Source: Octopus vulgaris (taxonomy: Eukaryota). Taken from it: a stretch of DNA of 64,000 nt. Position numbers and translations under genes: made by a program. The stretch is taken from assembly GCA_951406725.2 (NCBI GenBank), contig OX597814.1:84072001-84136000 (forward strand), in the 5' to 3' direction. Of this stretch, positions 12,901-27,965 are shown one piece after another. The notes under the pieces were generated by a model. The model had not been told where the DNA came from and made no database searches. It saw nothing but the letters and a program-made list of their open reading frames with translations. Position 1 is the first letter of the stretch. Each line of letters begins with the position of its first letter.

Positions 12901-14229
12901 ACTCACACGCATCACGCACGCGCGCACACACAAACACATGTATTTTTGCTTTGAGTTATGTTTTCTTGTTTGTATTACCAAACCTTTACAGACACGCACA
13001 CACACACACACATAGCTAGATAGATAGACATACACATGTGTCAGCGAGTGTATGGGTGTGTATATGCGTATGTATGCATGTATGCATGTATGCACGTATA
13101 TATGTATGTATATATGTATGTATCTGTATATGACTATATTATCTCATGAGACTAATTCCCTTATTAAGACGGTTTGCATTGATTTAGAAGAGATCTTGAG
13201 TACCTATGTTTTCTAGCAGATCAAGCAACCACTTGCTGGATTCTTCACTGACTCAACAATCATAAGTGTGTGTGTGTGTGTGTGTGTATATACGTATACG
13301 TGTGTGTGTATGTGTACGGGAGGAGGTGCGTGCGCGTGTGTCGCACATAATTCAGCTGTCGCGTTATAGATAGAAACTAACTCAATTCCTCAAGATACAA
13401 TTGGTCATGAAGATGTCTTGTTAAAAAAATGTTTTGCAGTGTAAAAGAACCATAAATAAATAAATAAATAAATAATGTTAAATTTCATGATGTATCTTTT
13501 GTTTCGTTTACTTTGTGTCTTTTCAGTTTGTGCGCGTGCGCGTGTATACGTGTGAGTTTCCAGAACTAAAATAGCTGTTGGTATGTTAGTTAAAGAGAGC
13601 AACACATAAGACATTCATTGAGTCAGTCAGTCATTCTATAAAATTCCCTAAAGATTAAAATCTCAAAATAATATTTACATTTGGAAATAAAATATTTTTA
13701 CAATTAACGTCAGTCTCGAATGTTTTTTTATTTCGTTTCCTTAATTCTTTTTTATCTTACTTTTACTGTCGTATTTCTATCCTCCTCCTCCGCCTCGCCC
13801 CGGCTCCAATCACGCTTTCTGTTTCTCGAAATCTGGTTTCAAAGACAACAGGGCGAGGCATGTTATTGTTAAGCATTACCAAGGCAGCTCTGAGAATGGC
13901 ATATGACCAATGGATTTCCAGCTCTGACCTTCACGTCAATTTTGTTGTTGTTGTTAGACGTACTCTATCCACAACCACATGATTCAATGAGATTTGAGGT
14001 AGATTTGGCTGCTATCTATAACATGTAGGGCGACTGACTGCGTATAGCTCTCCCTATTGCTGCTGTTTTTGCTAATGTTGCTGTTAACGTCGTACAAAAG
14101 CTGTAGAGCTCTGGGCTAACGGTATTTCAGTATTTAGTTATAACCTGTGTCGACGAAACTATCAGATGTATTTACAAAGCGCTTCCTCCTTTATTGTAGC
14201 TTACGAATGATGGTTAGGCGAACAGGCCA

Positions 14230-14408
14230 TCATTCTCCCTGAACGGAACACCGGTCTGTTTCAGAATCACCTATTTTACTGCAGAGTGCACTGCAGCAAC
14301 ATAAAACGAAGTGTTTTGCTCATAGACACAATGCACTGCCGATCTGGAAATCGAAACCACGATCATGCGAGCGTGAGTGCCACACACTAACCACTAGATC
14401 ACGCGCCT
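14230..14408 (-). mobile_element. SINE family C copy (diverged)
   Basis: GAAGTGTTTTGCTCA...ATCGAAACCAC...CTAACCACTAG..CACGCGCCT is antisense to the 54470 copy. Confidence 0.6.
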
Positions 14409-14744
14409 TTTGTATAGATGCAGCATTGCCGAATGGTTAAAAACTTGGATCCCATTTTGTGGTATTTTAGGAAAATTACCATACCTTGGGTCACCTTAGG
14501 CATTGTGAGTGAAAGTAAGTTGACACAAACTCTGTGGAAGACCATCGGATGGATTAAACCTGTAACTGAAAGGACCGTGTCTGTGGAATACTTCGTCACA
14601 CACACACGCTAATTCAATAATCGGGTAATTCAGTTGATCAAACAACTGAATAGTCATCATCGAAGCCGACAGATATCCATTTTTTGAAACCTTCCAGGGT
14701 CTGATATTCAAAGTCACCCTTCCTTGTTCAAATCAAACATTAGT

Positions 14745-14930
14745 TTCAAAATTTGGCATAAGGCCAGGAAGTTCGGGGGAGGAGGTAAGTCGTTTAAATC
14801 GATCCCAAGTTCTCAATTGGTTTATCAACCCCGAAAGGATGAAAGGCAAATTTGAATTCAGGATGTAAGACGGAGGAAATGCCCTAAGTATTTTGCCCAG
14901 CTTGCAAACGATTCTGCCAGCTCGCTGCCT
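14745..14930 (-). mobile_element. SINE family B copy
   Basis: CCCCGAAAGGATGAAAGGCAAA...ACGATTCTGCCAGCTCGCTGCC is antisense to family B. Confidence 0.7.
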
Positions 14931-15276
14931 TTGTTCAAATTAAATATTAATTAATTATTACGTTGACGCAGGTGGTAATAACTATTGCTTTTGTGCCATA
15001 GTAAGATATGTTATTGCTGTTAAGTTTGTAATGAATTCAGTTGTGGTTGTAGTGTTATTGGTTGTAGTATTATTGGTTGTGATAAGAGTAATGATTGTTG
15101 TGGCTTTTGTGGTTGCGATTGTGATTCTATTAGTGGTGATAGGTTAATATCGTAGAGCATACAGGTATGTTAAGAAAATGCAAGTTTAAATAGGGAATAG
15201 TTATGTGTGCGTCCGTGCGTGCGTGTATGTGTGCGTGTGTGTGTGTGTAAATATATGTAAATAATATCTACAAGTC

Positions 15277-15327
<51 letters not shown>

Positions 15328-18215
15328 AGTGTGTATACAAGCACACAAACACTGATATGCATACTTACTCTAATCGTTTTTGAAGATGATACTAAGCTTT
15401 TAGTTAAGTGGCGCCTCCTACGTAATTAAATATCACCTGGCGGTGAAATCTAAATTTAATATTAGCACATGTCGAAAGTTTGGTATAGTAAAACATCACG
15501 CCATAAAACAATGTATTTAAAATTCTTATAGCAGTTGTATATGTATATGTAAGCAGTTGTATATGTATGTATGTACGTATCTGTGTATGTATGTATGTAT
15601 GTATGTATGTATGTATGTATGTATGTATGTATGTATGTATGTATGTATGTATGCATGCATGCATGTATGAATGTATATACACACAAACATACTTATATAC
15701 ATACATACATACATACATACATACATACATACATACATACATACATACATACATACATACATACATACAGTGATAATTATAACTCTATGTTTGTTTTGGA
15801 TAGTTTTTCATATGACGTATAACATAACTAAGCAATTTCTTCAATTATTTTATCAGATCTTGTTAAGTAGAGTGCAGCTATCAACTTTTTGAGACAAATA
15901 TATGTCTAACTTCATATATCTCTTCTATTTATCACTTCTCACGTCATGAATCTTATAGCAAATACAATCTGATATCATTGTTAGAACAGTATTGCCAGTG
16001 CCAGAGAAACCGACATTTCCGAGTTGTTATTTCAATATTCTTGTCTTTATTTCTTAAAGGTGTTTTGGTAACAGGATGTGATTATGAGACCGTTATGCTT
16101 TTCTCAAGACAATTGCTAGCTGCTTGTGTTTAGCTTCAGTTTCTGCGGAGTTAAAGTAAGTGATTGACAAACCTTCCCGCCTCCCCCAAGTTAATATATC
16201 TGGAAGGACTTCTCAGCAGCAAGATTACGTTAACTACAGCAATATACAATTAGGTGACACAAGTAAACTCATACTCGCTGTAGATCGGTTGATAGTTCAT
16301 TACCTTTTCCATTCAACATATCAACATTGTAGTAGATAATCTAAACTGGGTTGCAAATTCGGACCACGAGGATCTTATCACTACTCGATGGCACTCACAA
16401 TACAGTATGTATAAATATTATCCATCATTCTGCATTCCAAAGTATGAAGCAGTCAAGAGAGTAAAGATCAGTTACAATTAGGTGATTACTTTATAATAAA
16501 ACAATAAAATATACAGACTGAAAGGTAGCTTAGTGCATGATGAGGTTTTCGGTGACCTAGTGTTTCACTTCTCTCAGTAATGAATTTTGAAATGGTGTAT
16601 ACGTTACAAGCACTCGTTCTCACATGGCTGATCAAGTGTGCGTTTATGTTTGAGCTTTTGTGTATGTTTATGAGTTTAATTTTAAAGAAGGTGAAAAACC
16701 ATCAAAAGCTAAAATCAGAGGAATCTGGTTTAGGATTTTGATGTTTAAAGTTCTAAATGAGCAGGAGTTGATCTTGTTTTTCATCCCTGTAGGGCCAAGG
16801 TTAGAAATAGTTTTAAATATGACTCAAAGCTGTTATTTAGCTCTTATATGTCGCCGATGTATTAACTATCTAATTTATGGGCCAATAAGGATGAAAGCTA
16901 AAGTCAGGTTTTGCTATCAGAACCTTAGATACTAACCTGGAGACTGTGAAATATCTTGGCCTGTCTCCATCAACTGCAGCAGTTCTTTTGCCCTACAATC
17001 AGTCAAATGTTGTTTAGTTTAAATGAACATGAAAGGAATAGTGTGACACGGTGAACAAAGTTTTACCCATTGAAGTAAAAACGGAAAATGAAATCAGATG
17101 GCTTCTCAGAGAAATTACTTTCTGAACTCTAGTAAAATATCATTTCTAGCACAAACACGAAATCTCGTACCTTTCTTAATAAGGAGAACGACATGACTGT
17201 CACATGGCCAACGAAACATGCTAACTTCTCTTTTGTTCGATATTAAGGCAGGGATAGATATTAGTGTCCCTATTAATCTAGAGTTTATGTCCACGAGAAT
17301 TACTTTTATATGTTTCAGTGGCAGCGACGCATCCTCAAGCTCTACTAGTTAGTTGGAACCTCACCGAAGAGTTCATTTTGATGTAATGAATCTTAGGCAA
17401 ATTAACCCATCTATTTCTTTGTTACTATAATCTACAGGATTTGAACTTTACTCTAAGCTGTCAAGAAACTGATCAAAATAAACACAGTGCTCTCATCACC
17501 TGACACTTAGGGGGAATAAACAATAGGAAAATGTTGGAAAAAGAAACACTGTAGTACCGATGACGCTATTGTCTCTGCCTGCAACTACACAACTTAGACA
17601 ACGAATGAGTGTCTAACAGGACACCGACGTGACTTCGAATTTCTCGAAGAAAACAGAATACTAGTATCATTCGATTAAATGGGATAATACCTTGCAAAGT
17701 ATTTATCTTTATATATATTAGTTTAATTTGACTAGAAATAAACGACCTTATATTTTTAAGGGTGGGAGGAAAATAACGTTGAGAAGTAAATGCCTTCCTG
17801 AAAGTCAGTTGTAGCATAAGTGAGAGCAGCCGTGGCTCCAGCGAGTGCTTAAATTCGTTCTCCAGGAATTAAGCACTAGGGTGCATGGCATTTAAATTTA
17901 AACTAAATAAGCAGTTTTTCGTTTATTACTTGGACACAAAAGCACAAAATAAATAATAGCGACAATGATATATGACATTCTGCCATTCTCGAGAGAAAGT
18001 GTGGGGCAAGTGATGTAACTAGTAAAGCCAGTTCACTCCACTTAATAAGTACTAAAATAAGTATCGGCCAAGTACTCAGAATGTTATAATCGACTCTACC
18101 TCTCCCTTCAAAATATATGACATTGTGCTTCTGTTAAAATCATTAAACACATACCTACACCTAGATGTGTGTGTATTTGTGTGATTATATAGGTATATAT
18201 GTATGTGTATATATG

Positions 18216-18275
<60 letters not shown>

Positions 18276-18415
18276 CATGTACATATACATATATATGTAT
18301 GTATGTACGTACGTATGAATGTATGAATGTGTGTGTGTGTGTGAGTGTATTTATACAATGATAAAGGTAGCTAGACGCAATATAAAACCAAAATGGAAGA
18401 ATTGCATTTATTTTT

Positions 18416-18479
<64 letters not shown>

Positions 18480-18555
18480 TATATACATACATATATATAA
18501 GTATGGTAAACGCATATGTGTGTGTACATATGTGCGTATAAATATATGTTCGTGC

Positions 18556-18695
<140 letters not shown>

Positions 18696-18924
18696 GTATG
18701 TATGTATGTATGTATGTATATAATGGGTGGTTTGCTGATTGCATCCCTGAAGACTAGACCGAAAAGAAGGACTCAGAATACGAGACCAATTTATGTAAGT
18801 ATATACATGACTGTTGTGCTGTTATTTCGATGCTTATGCATTTCTTTCAAAGATGTATCTTTAATATGCGTATATGTTGAAACAATCGCACAACTTTCAG
18901 GTACATATGCATGCATATGTATGC

Positions 18925-18982
<58 letters not shown>

Positions 18983-19726
18983 AATGAAAAATGCAGTAAC
19001 ATCAAAAGATTCGAACATTTAAGTATTCATGTGTGTGTGTGTGTATGTGCGTGTCTGTGTCTGTATGTGTGTGCGTGTGTGTCTTTATATGTGTGTATGT
19101 GTGTTTGTGTGTGTGTTTGTGTGTGTGTGCATGTGTGTGTGTGCGCGTGTGTGTGTTTGTGCGTGTGTGTGAATGTGTGTGCCATTATGTAATATATAGT
19201 TACGTCACAGTCATCAACTATCTCTGAGATGTTTTGTTATTTCTCCATCAGAAATTAAATCGGTTGGGAAAATAAATTACGTTTTTTGTATTTTTCCAAC
19301 TGTTTTAGTTCATCCATGATTTTATCCAAATACACAATTGCAGTCATAAAAATACCGATTATCCAAGAAACAATGATCGACTTGGCTTATTATTGTTGTT
19401 GTTGTTATTATTATTATTATTAATATTATTATTATTTTTACTATTATTATGTTATTTTAAATTTCAATTATTTTCAGATGCCTTCCTCAACGTATTCTTA
19501 TTTCCACAACTAAATACGACCAGTTTTTAATATGTTACATCGATAAAGTTCACACGCATTTTCTTTTTCAAGGATGTTCCCAGTATCACAACGTATTCCA
19601 ATATTCCAATTCAATGATTCGATGATGTTTGGGGCAAAAATATTTTATATACTTTGCGAGTTCTAATTTTAATTATACATACATGTGTGTGCGTGTGTGT
19701 GGGTGTGTGTGTATGTATATACTATG

Positions 19727-19784
<58 letters not shown>

Positions 19785-20373
19785 TATGGCATCTGTTTTC
19801 TTTTTCACTGATGTTTCAATATATGATTCTCTCAAGAGAAAGTGAGGGCGGGGGTAAATAATTGCAAAGCAGAAATCAAACATTTTGTTAGTATTTCTGT
19901 TAGTGATTTGGTGTGGTGTGAGAATAAATAACATTAAATTGTAGAAAGACGAACAGACAGCTGTAGTTTTTAAACTTCAGTGTCGTAGTTGAAAAAAAAA
20001 ATTAAAATGGCGAAACCGAGATGAAATTAATGGACAAAAGCAGTGATATAGGGTTTATCTTTTGTGTTTTTTTTTGGCTGTTTTTCTTTGTTTTTTCTTT
20101 CCGCTTATTTTCACTCTCACTCCGTTCTTTCACATTTCCTGTGAGATTGCCGGCATTCAAACCATTACATAAACCAACCTTAGTAAGTCCAGATTATTTA
20201 CAAACCCATCTCTCGGTCATCATGTGGTTGTTTTTTTTTTTTTCTTTTTGATATCTTTAAGTTTCTATTAGAAAATGAATGAAATGTTGTTGATGTAGAA
20301 GAGGTATATAAATTGATGGTAGATTGGTGTTTAACAAACAATGGCAGGGTGTATGTGTACGTATGTATGTTTA

Positions 20374-20451
<78 letters not shown>

Positions 20452-20453
20452 CT

Positions 20454-20652
20454 TTAATAGCACTCCTGTAACTTGATTTTAGCTGTCAGCTGGGTGCCAT
20501 ATGTACGACATTTTCCCCACCAGGATCGCTCCACGCAGTATTTTTCTTTGGTGAAGACAAAACACCGAGAGCCAAGGAAATCAAAGTAGATACGTCCAAT
20601 GAGATGGGTTATCGAAGAGTTGCTGGAAACTTTCTTCAAACAATTACGGAAC
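20454..20652 (-). CDS. Last coding exon of a group III (bee-venom-type) secreted phospholipase A2
   Basis: Acceptor ATTTTTATATTTTTCAG|G (phase 2), then FRNCLKKVSSNSSITHLIGRIYFDFLGSRCFVFTKEKYCVERSWWGKCRTYGTQLTAKIKLQECY*. This fits the group III sPLA2 C-terminal pattern FxxCL...GxxYF..L...CF...C....(W)GxC..Y (compare bee venom FYDCLK...VGKMYFNLIDTKCY). Confidence 0.85.
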
Positions 20653-21145
20653 CTGAAAAATATAAAAATATGCACGTTAAATATATATATATGAATTGAT
20701 AGAGAATTTCTATTAACAAAGAATCAAAATTAGGGAGCTTGTTAAATTTCTTTCAAGTTTTGTCAAATTTTTGAGAATAATCAGAAATTTTCATCTGATT
20801 TTGAGAATAATCAGAAATATTCATCTGATTCTTCTCAAAAAGTATAGTTCTGATGTAAGTTTTGAATTTTGTTGACGAAAATTGCTTCCAATTAAGAATA
20901 TAGTGGTTACACGCATTGAATGTCATGCATTTTTAGCTAGTCGGCAACCTCTATTTGGCAGCACAAACTACAATTTTTAAAAATATTCTGTCGAAAATTC
21001 GGAAAACTTCAAGTAATTCAAAGAAGTTTAACATGTAACTCTTCCTAACAGCAGCACTGTCAGAGTATATACATATAGGTACCAAACTGATTAAAAATCA
21101 ACAACGCTCAAACTCGCGGGTAATATGGAGCTGAATATTTACAGT

Positions 21146-22300
21146 TTAATGCTTGTAGAAGATGGTTAAAGATAGTCTCCATGTTATGCAACGGAAATGA
21201 CTCTTTAGTCCAGTAAGAAATTTACAAAGACGACATGGAAACGCTTGACTTTGCTGAAAAGACTGCTGGAAATTGTTAACGTGACATTTCATGTGTCTTG
21301 TCAACCCAGATTTACTTCTGCAGATTTTATTGTAAACAGAGCAAGGATAATTCATCGGATTGTGACTGTCAAAAGTCAGTAGGGGGTCTAAGATAAGTGT
21401 TTCCAATTATGACTGACTAGTCCAGTTTGGGAGAAATAAATACTGTTGCAGGTATCACAGGATGAGAAGGATCAATGGCCACAAGCAAACCCTTTCTTGC
21501 CTCTCTTTTTATAAGTGCATGCTCCTGCTTATTATCTTCAAACAAGACAGCACCTTCTCTGATTTTCTCCTCCATTTTGGTCGATTCATTGCACCGCTCT
21601 CCCAGTCTGCAGACATCATTTTGAAATTCTTTTGCGAATTACTAATTAAATCTATGAAACGCATTTTTGGTTTACATTGAGGTCTCTTTGCTTCTTTTAT
21701 CTGACCGCTACAATTGTTTGGGTATGTTTTGATCAAATTCCTTTATTAGATGGCCATTCAAGCGAAGTCTGTGTCGATGAATTTCAGCTTCAATGCCAAA
21801 CACACTAGCATATTCAAGTACTTCAGAATCCGTTACTTTGTGCACCTTTATCTACTACCCTTGTCATTCATGAATAAAGAAGGGATGAAAGTACACAAGC
21901 TCTGTATACTACATTCTTTATGTTTAAAGTGAGTACTTGATATAAGGAAGTCCATCTCAGTGCAAATTTGATGGAGTAACAAACTATTAACGCCATTTAT
22001 TTAACCCTATACGTTCCAAAATATTTCCATATTGTCCAATCGGTGCAAACTCTAGTATTAAAGTTACCATGCAAAATAGTTTTATCAGAATTGGCTATAC
22101 CATGCAAACACTCTTTTAAAGCTTCCTAATATTCGAGATTGATTCTTCACTGCTATCTAAAGTCGGTACATATGTACTTGTAATTGTTGCATGGCAATCA
22201 TCTCTTAATTTCATGCGTAGAGCCATGTTTCTCTCATTAATACCCTTTGGTAAGGCGCTCAACTTTGACACTAAGTTATTTTTAATGGTAAATACCGCAC
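21146..22300 (-). mobile_element. Degenerate RTE-clade LINE fragments (endonuclease piece plus RT C-terminus with zinc-finger-like tail)
   Basis: GINERNMALRMKL...ATITSTYVPTL (APE), GQIKEAKRPQCKPKMRFID, and CSVYNKICRSKSGLTRHMKCH. Confidence 0.7.
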
Positions 22301-22600
22301 CCGCTTCCATGCACTACATATAAATATGCACACACACACACATAGTAAATCCAAACAAAGAAGAACAAACATGAAAAAACAACAACGCGAGGATGTGGTA
22401 CAAGTAATGTATTATCAGACGCTCAAGAAAGGAAAGAAAGAGGATTTAACACTTCGAGCAAAGTTCTTCAGAAATAGAGGAAAGTCCAAAAGAAGGGAAG
22501 ACGGAGGAAGAAAATCGCCAACGATTCACACATGGTTACATTTTGAAAAAAACGTATGTATGTATGCATGCATGTATGTATAGAAATATATACATGTATA

Positions 22601-22662
<62 letters not shown>

Positions 22663-24038
22663 GTATGTATGTAGGTATGTAGTTATGTATGTGTATATGT
22701 GTGTGTGCGTGTAGTTTTTCTTGACCGCCTCACATGTATAACCCACGCTACTAAAAGTTTTACGCGCATGGAACCCATGTAAGTTCTTAAGGCGGCAGCC
22801 ATACCATCGGACTTAAGCAATTCAAATACTGGACCGAATAAAAAAAAAACGGGGTGAAAGAAACCAAATATTGGAACGGATTATGTGGATTATGTGGATT
22901 ATGTGGAAGATACAATTAAGCTGAATACGCAGGCTGTAAATCTCGAGATGCGACGATCGAATGGTGTAAAATGGGATGGAAAAAGTTTTGTTGATAGAAC
23001 GAGTGATAGAACAAGTGTGAGAGAAAGATTACAATTTATTTATTGAGCACGAGCACATTAAACATTCTCCTTTTCCTCATACACATAGAGAAATATGCTC
23101 TCACACACATACACATATTGACGAAGAGAAGGAGAGAGATAAAGAGAGAGGGGGGGGGGCGGGAAACATTAAACCCAGTAAAACATTAAATTATCAAATA
23201 AGTCAGTGTTAAATAGCGACCCCAAGAGGACGGCACCGAAACGGTTGTTTCAAAACGTCTTATACCCATTATTTCGCAAAGAATTCAACAAATCAAGCTT
23301 AACATAGTGTCTAAGTTTCTACAGATGAGTGAAGATAATTCTAGGGATTTCTAGGGATTATGTGTATCTATATATGTGATTTATGTTTTTATATGTGTTA
23401 GTGCACATGGTTATTTTGTAAGCGTTTGTCTATACTCGAATGTTTTTACACTTATGCAATGTTCATGCACGCAACTTTAGTGCAGAAATGTGTGCTTGCC
23501 TTTTTATGTGACTGTGCCGTCAATAATGACGACAAATGTATCAATTAGAGAGCAGATATTTCAATTGCTAATAAATATAGTTTTTCTTTACCGGTATGAT
23601 CACTACAATTACAGTAGCTCTATATTATGTAGTATATTTTCAAAAGGGATAAAAATTGAAGACAAAACACGTTTAGAGTTTGTATTTATGTATGTGACAA
23701 AAAAAATACACTTTATCCTGCCACTCACTTTCATTTTACAGTCAATCATCCTATTTGTCTTTTACCAACTACGCCTCCTAATCTCCTTACTGTAACAGCA
23801 AATAAATACGCGTAATATATGTGTGTGTATATAGGCTGTATGCACACATATGGTGGCGTATGTTGTGCTTCTTTTGAGTGTGTGTGTGTGAGTGAGTGTG
23901 TGGTTGTGTGTGTGTGTATTTTATGGTGTCTATATTTACATCTTTTTAACTCTATGTAATTATGAAAAATGCACTTTATATTAAATAAGAGTGTATATTA
24001 AATAGATGGATTGCAGCCAAGTGTCTTTGGTACAACCC

Positions 24039-24089
<51 letters not shown>

Positions 24090-24615
24090 GATTGTACCAA
24101 AGATACTTCATATATATATATAGATATATGTATGTAGGTATATATGTAAAAAAATCTATATTTGTGTGATTGTATTTGTGCATCTGTGTACAGACATCAG
24201 ACCATGTCTGATGGAAATTATTAACACTTTAGCCCAAATGGCTTTCATAGTATCGACTTTTGAGCTTTGGAATAATCAACAAACCGTTTCATTACTCAGT
24301 GGCTGCTTCACTACAACATACTAAATCAACGCGCACGTACACACGCACGTATACACACGCACGCGCGTGCACACACACTTACACACACATCATAAATATT
24401 AGCATACAGAAATACATATGCATAAACTTACTTAAACAACTACATATATGCATTTAAGAAACATACACGTATTTACAAACATATACATATATACATGTAT
24501 ATGTACACATATATATTTGTGTCACACGAGTATATATACATACATGTATACACACATATACGTACATATAGATATATACATGTATATATGTATGTGTGTG
24601 TGTGTGTGCGCGCGC

Positions 24616-24662
<47 letters not shown>

Positions 24663-24751
24663 GCATACATGTATACAGACATAAGTCAATATATATGCAT
24701 ACACATATATAAATCAATATATATATATGTGTGTGTGGGTGTAAATATATG

Positions 24752-24784
<33 letters not shown>

Positions 24785-25181
24785 GCATATATATGCATAT
24801 TTATTTATATAAATATGCATATATGTATGTATGTATGTATATGATATGTGCATATGTACACAACAACACAGACACATACATTTGTATATTAACATATACC
24901 CTTCCATTCATGTTTAGCTCAAGTCAGGACGCAGCCCCATTCATACAATTAAACCATCGCAGACACGACCTCCCAATGCATGTACTCTTCCCTTCACATG
25001 TACACTACTCCCTCTCACGACCACCCACTCAATAACAACCATAGATATATTTATAATTCCCCCACTCGCACTGTTTTCCCGTTTTACCCCCTATCATTCG
25101 AAATTTCTCTCTATATACCTCCTTCAATATTTTCTTCTCTCTCACCCCTCTCTCTCAATAGTTGTGTATATTTATATGTGG

Positions 25182-25242
<61 letters not shown>

Positions 25243-25248
25243 TACATA

Positions 25249-25322
<74 letters not shown>

Positions 25323-25418
25323 GAGGTTTAAATATATATGCATACATATATGTATATATGTATGTGTATATATATATATATATATGTGTTTGTGTGTATA
25401 TATATATATGTATGTATG

Positions 25419-25476
<58 letters not shown>

Positions 25477-25563
25477 CATTCATACATACATATATATATA
25501 TACACAGACACATACATACATATATACATATATGTGTGCATATATATTTAAACGTGTGTGTGT

Positions 25564-25631
<68 letters not shown>

Positions 25632-26042
25632 ATGCGTGTGTGTGTGTGTGTGTGCGTATGCGTGTGTGTGCGTGCGTCTGTTTTCTTTCAGAACAAAACA
25701 CTGCAATTTCATTCATTCTTTCGCTTAATTAACTCTTGAAACTTTTTTCACCCTTTTTGATCAAAAAAAAAAAAAAAAGAATTATAATCAAAGACTTTCC
25801 CCTTCCCTTCACTAAACCTCACGCTTTCATCTCCCTTTTCTTTCTTCGTAACGCTCTCCTACATTTTTCTCCCCGTCATTTACCACTCCCTCCCACGTCA
25901 CTCTCATACTCTGATGCACACACATATATACGCACTCTCCCGTATGCATATATGTATGTTTCTGTATATGTATGTGTGGTATGTGTGTATGTACGTGCGT
26001 GCGTGCGAGTGTGTGTGTGTATAAATATTATATATATGTGTT

Positions 26043-26073
<31 letters not shown>

Positions 26074-26205
26074 GAAGGTATGTATCTATGTGTGTATGTG
26101 TTTATACACACACACATATATATAAATCTATATATTGCGTATACAAATATGTATATGTTTATATATATATATATACACACACACAAACATATATATACAC
26201 ATAAC

Positions 26206-26266
<61 letters not shown>

Positions 26267-26268
26267 AC

Positions 26269-26301
<33 letters not shown>

Positions 26302-26478
26302 ACATTGAAATACATAATTATGATTATCAGAAACAAAATGTATCATCGTCATCATCATCATCATTATTATCATCCTCATCAATATCATCATAATTGTCAT
26401 TATCAATGTCATCATAACCACTACCACCACCAACAACAACAACACTAATGTGCTTGTATTAGACTTCATTATCGCTGT

Positions 26479-26542
<64 letters not shown>

Positions 26543-27011
26543 ATTATTGTTATTGTTGTCGTCTGCGTTGTTGTTGTTGTTGTTGCTGTTGTTGTTGTTG
26601 TTGTTGTTTTTATGTATAATAGAATTGGTGTTCGCTTTCGTACTGCAAACCTGTTTTGTTTGTTTTGACCAAAAACAAAAACAAAGAAAGGCAACAGTTA
26701 TAACAACTACTGGCTGTACTATTATTACCGACTCTGTTTCTACTGTTGCTGGAAGCACTTAGTCGAAAACCTAACAAGACAGCCAAACCCAAACTTCCAA
26801 CACAAGCACTCTACAGTAATGTTGGTAACAATGACAAGCTTACAAGAGAACCAAAAATTACCTTAATCTTTTAAATTGTGCGGCCCTTCTGATGATTAAC
26901 TACGTTTAATGCGACCCGCTTCTCATAAAAGGTTGCCCATGCCTACTCTATGTAGTCACTTAACCTGCTATAAATACCAGCTATAATCCTTGAAATTATA
27001 TACCATTACCA

Positions 27012-27174
27012 GGTGCAGGAGTGGCTGTATGGTAAGTAGCTTGCTTACCAACCACATGGTTCCGAGCACCTTGGGCAAGTGTCTACTGCTATAGCCTCGG
27101 GCTGACCAAAGCTTTGTGAGTAGATTCGGTAGTCGGAATATGAAAGAAGCCCGTCGTATATATGTATATGTGTG

Positions 27175-27217
<43 letters not shown>

Positions 27218-27424
27218 CGCCCACCCCAACATCGCTCGACAACCGATGCTGGTGTGTTTACGTCCCCGTAACTTAGCGGTTCGGCAAAAGAGACCGATAG
27301 AATAAGTACTTGGCTTACAAAGAATAAGTCCTGAGGGTGAATTTGCTCGACTAAAGGTGGTGCTCCAGCATGGTCGCAAATGACTGAAACAAAGATGATT
27401 GTAAAAGAGTATAAAGAGTAAAGA
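27012..27424 (+). mobile_element. SINE family A, near full length
   Basis: GGTGCAGGAGTGGCTGTATGGTAAG head, internal (TA/TG)n, tail ...GGTGCTCCAGCATGGTCGCAAATGACTGAAAC. Confidence 0.85.
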
Positions 27425-27665
27425 ATATTACAAAAATGAAGGTCGCACTCCTAAATATATAAAAAAATGGATTAGTTGTGATTGGAACGCTTTTGATTTT
27501 AGATCTGCTTCATCATAGCTGACCAGAGGCTAAACAACAACAAAAGTGACAATAAATACGCCAAGAGCGAAAACCAACAGCAGAGCCACTAAACGGTCAC
27601 TTTGACTTTCTAGTAATGACGGCTAATTTCCCTCGAACCGTCTTTTCAAAGAATCTTATATATAA

Positions 27666-27965
27666 CTAGCAGTATCACCCGGCGTTGCTCGGGTTTGTAA
27701 GGGAAATAACTATATAAGCATTTTTAGAGAGTTACTTCCCTTATATAATAGCAAAAAAAATGCATTAAAAATGGGAAAAAATTATGGTAAATTTTTTTTT
27801 AAATCGTAGACTCAGCGTAGACGCGCGCTAATACCCAGAAGGGCTCGATATGAATCACGACTATAAGATACCCGCTTTTGGTTAAACTGCACCGCAAAAT
27901 GTGGGAGTAGTTAGGAATCTAAATCGTAGGAGACAGACACACAACTTCACTTTTATATATAAAGA
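27666..27965 (-). mobile_element. Non-autonomous Helitron (~300 bp)
   Basis: On the minus strand it starts A|TCTTTATATATAAAAG and ends with the hairpin ACCCGAGCAACGCCGGGT followed by CTAG|T: canonical TC...hairpin-CTAG termini at an A/T site. Confidence 0.85.

Noticed and set aside
16060-16155. Possible plus-strand exon bounded by TTAAAG and GTAAGT
   Set aside because: Weak acceptor, a stop in the most protein-like frame, and no homology.
18745-18775. CTGAAGA...CGAAA spacing
   Set aside because: No supporting stems I, II or III; likely chance.
23216-23248. Possible hammerhead relic GCGACC-CCAAGA-GG..CC-GAAAC-GGTTGT
   Set aside because: The CUGA box is mutated and there is no stem III or cleavage triplet.
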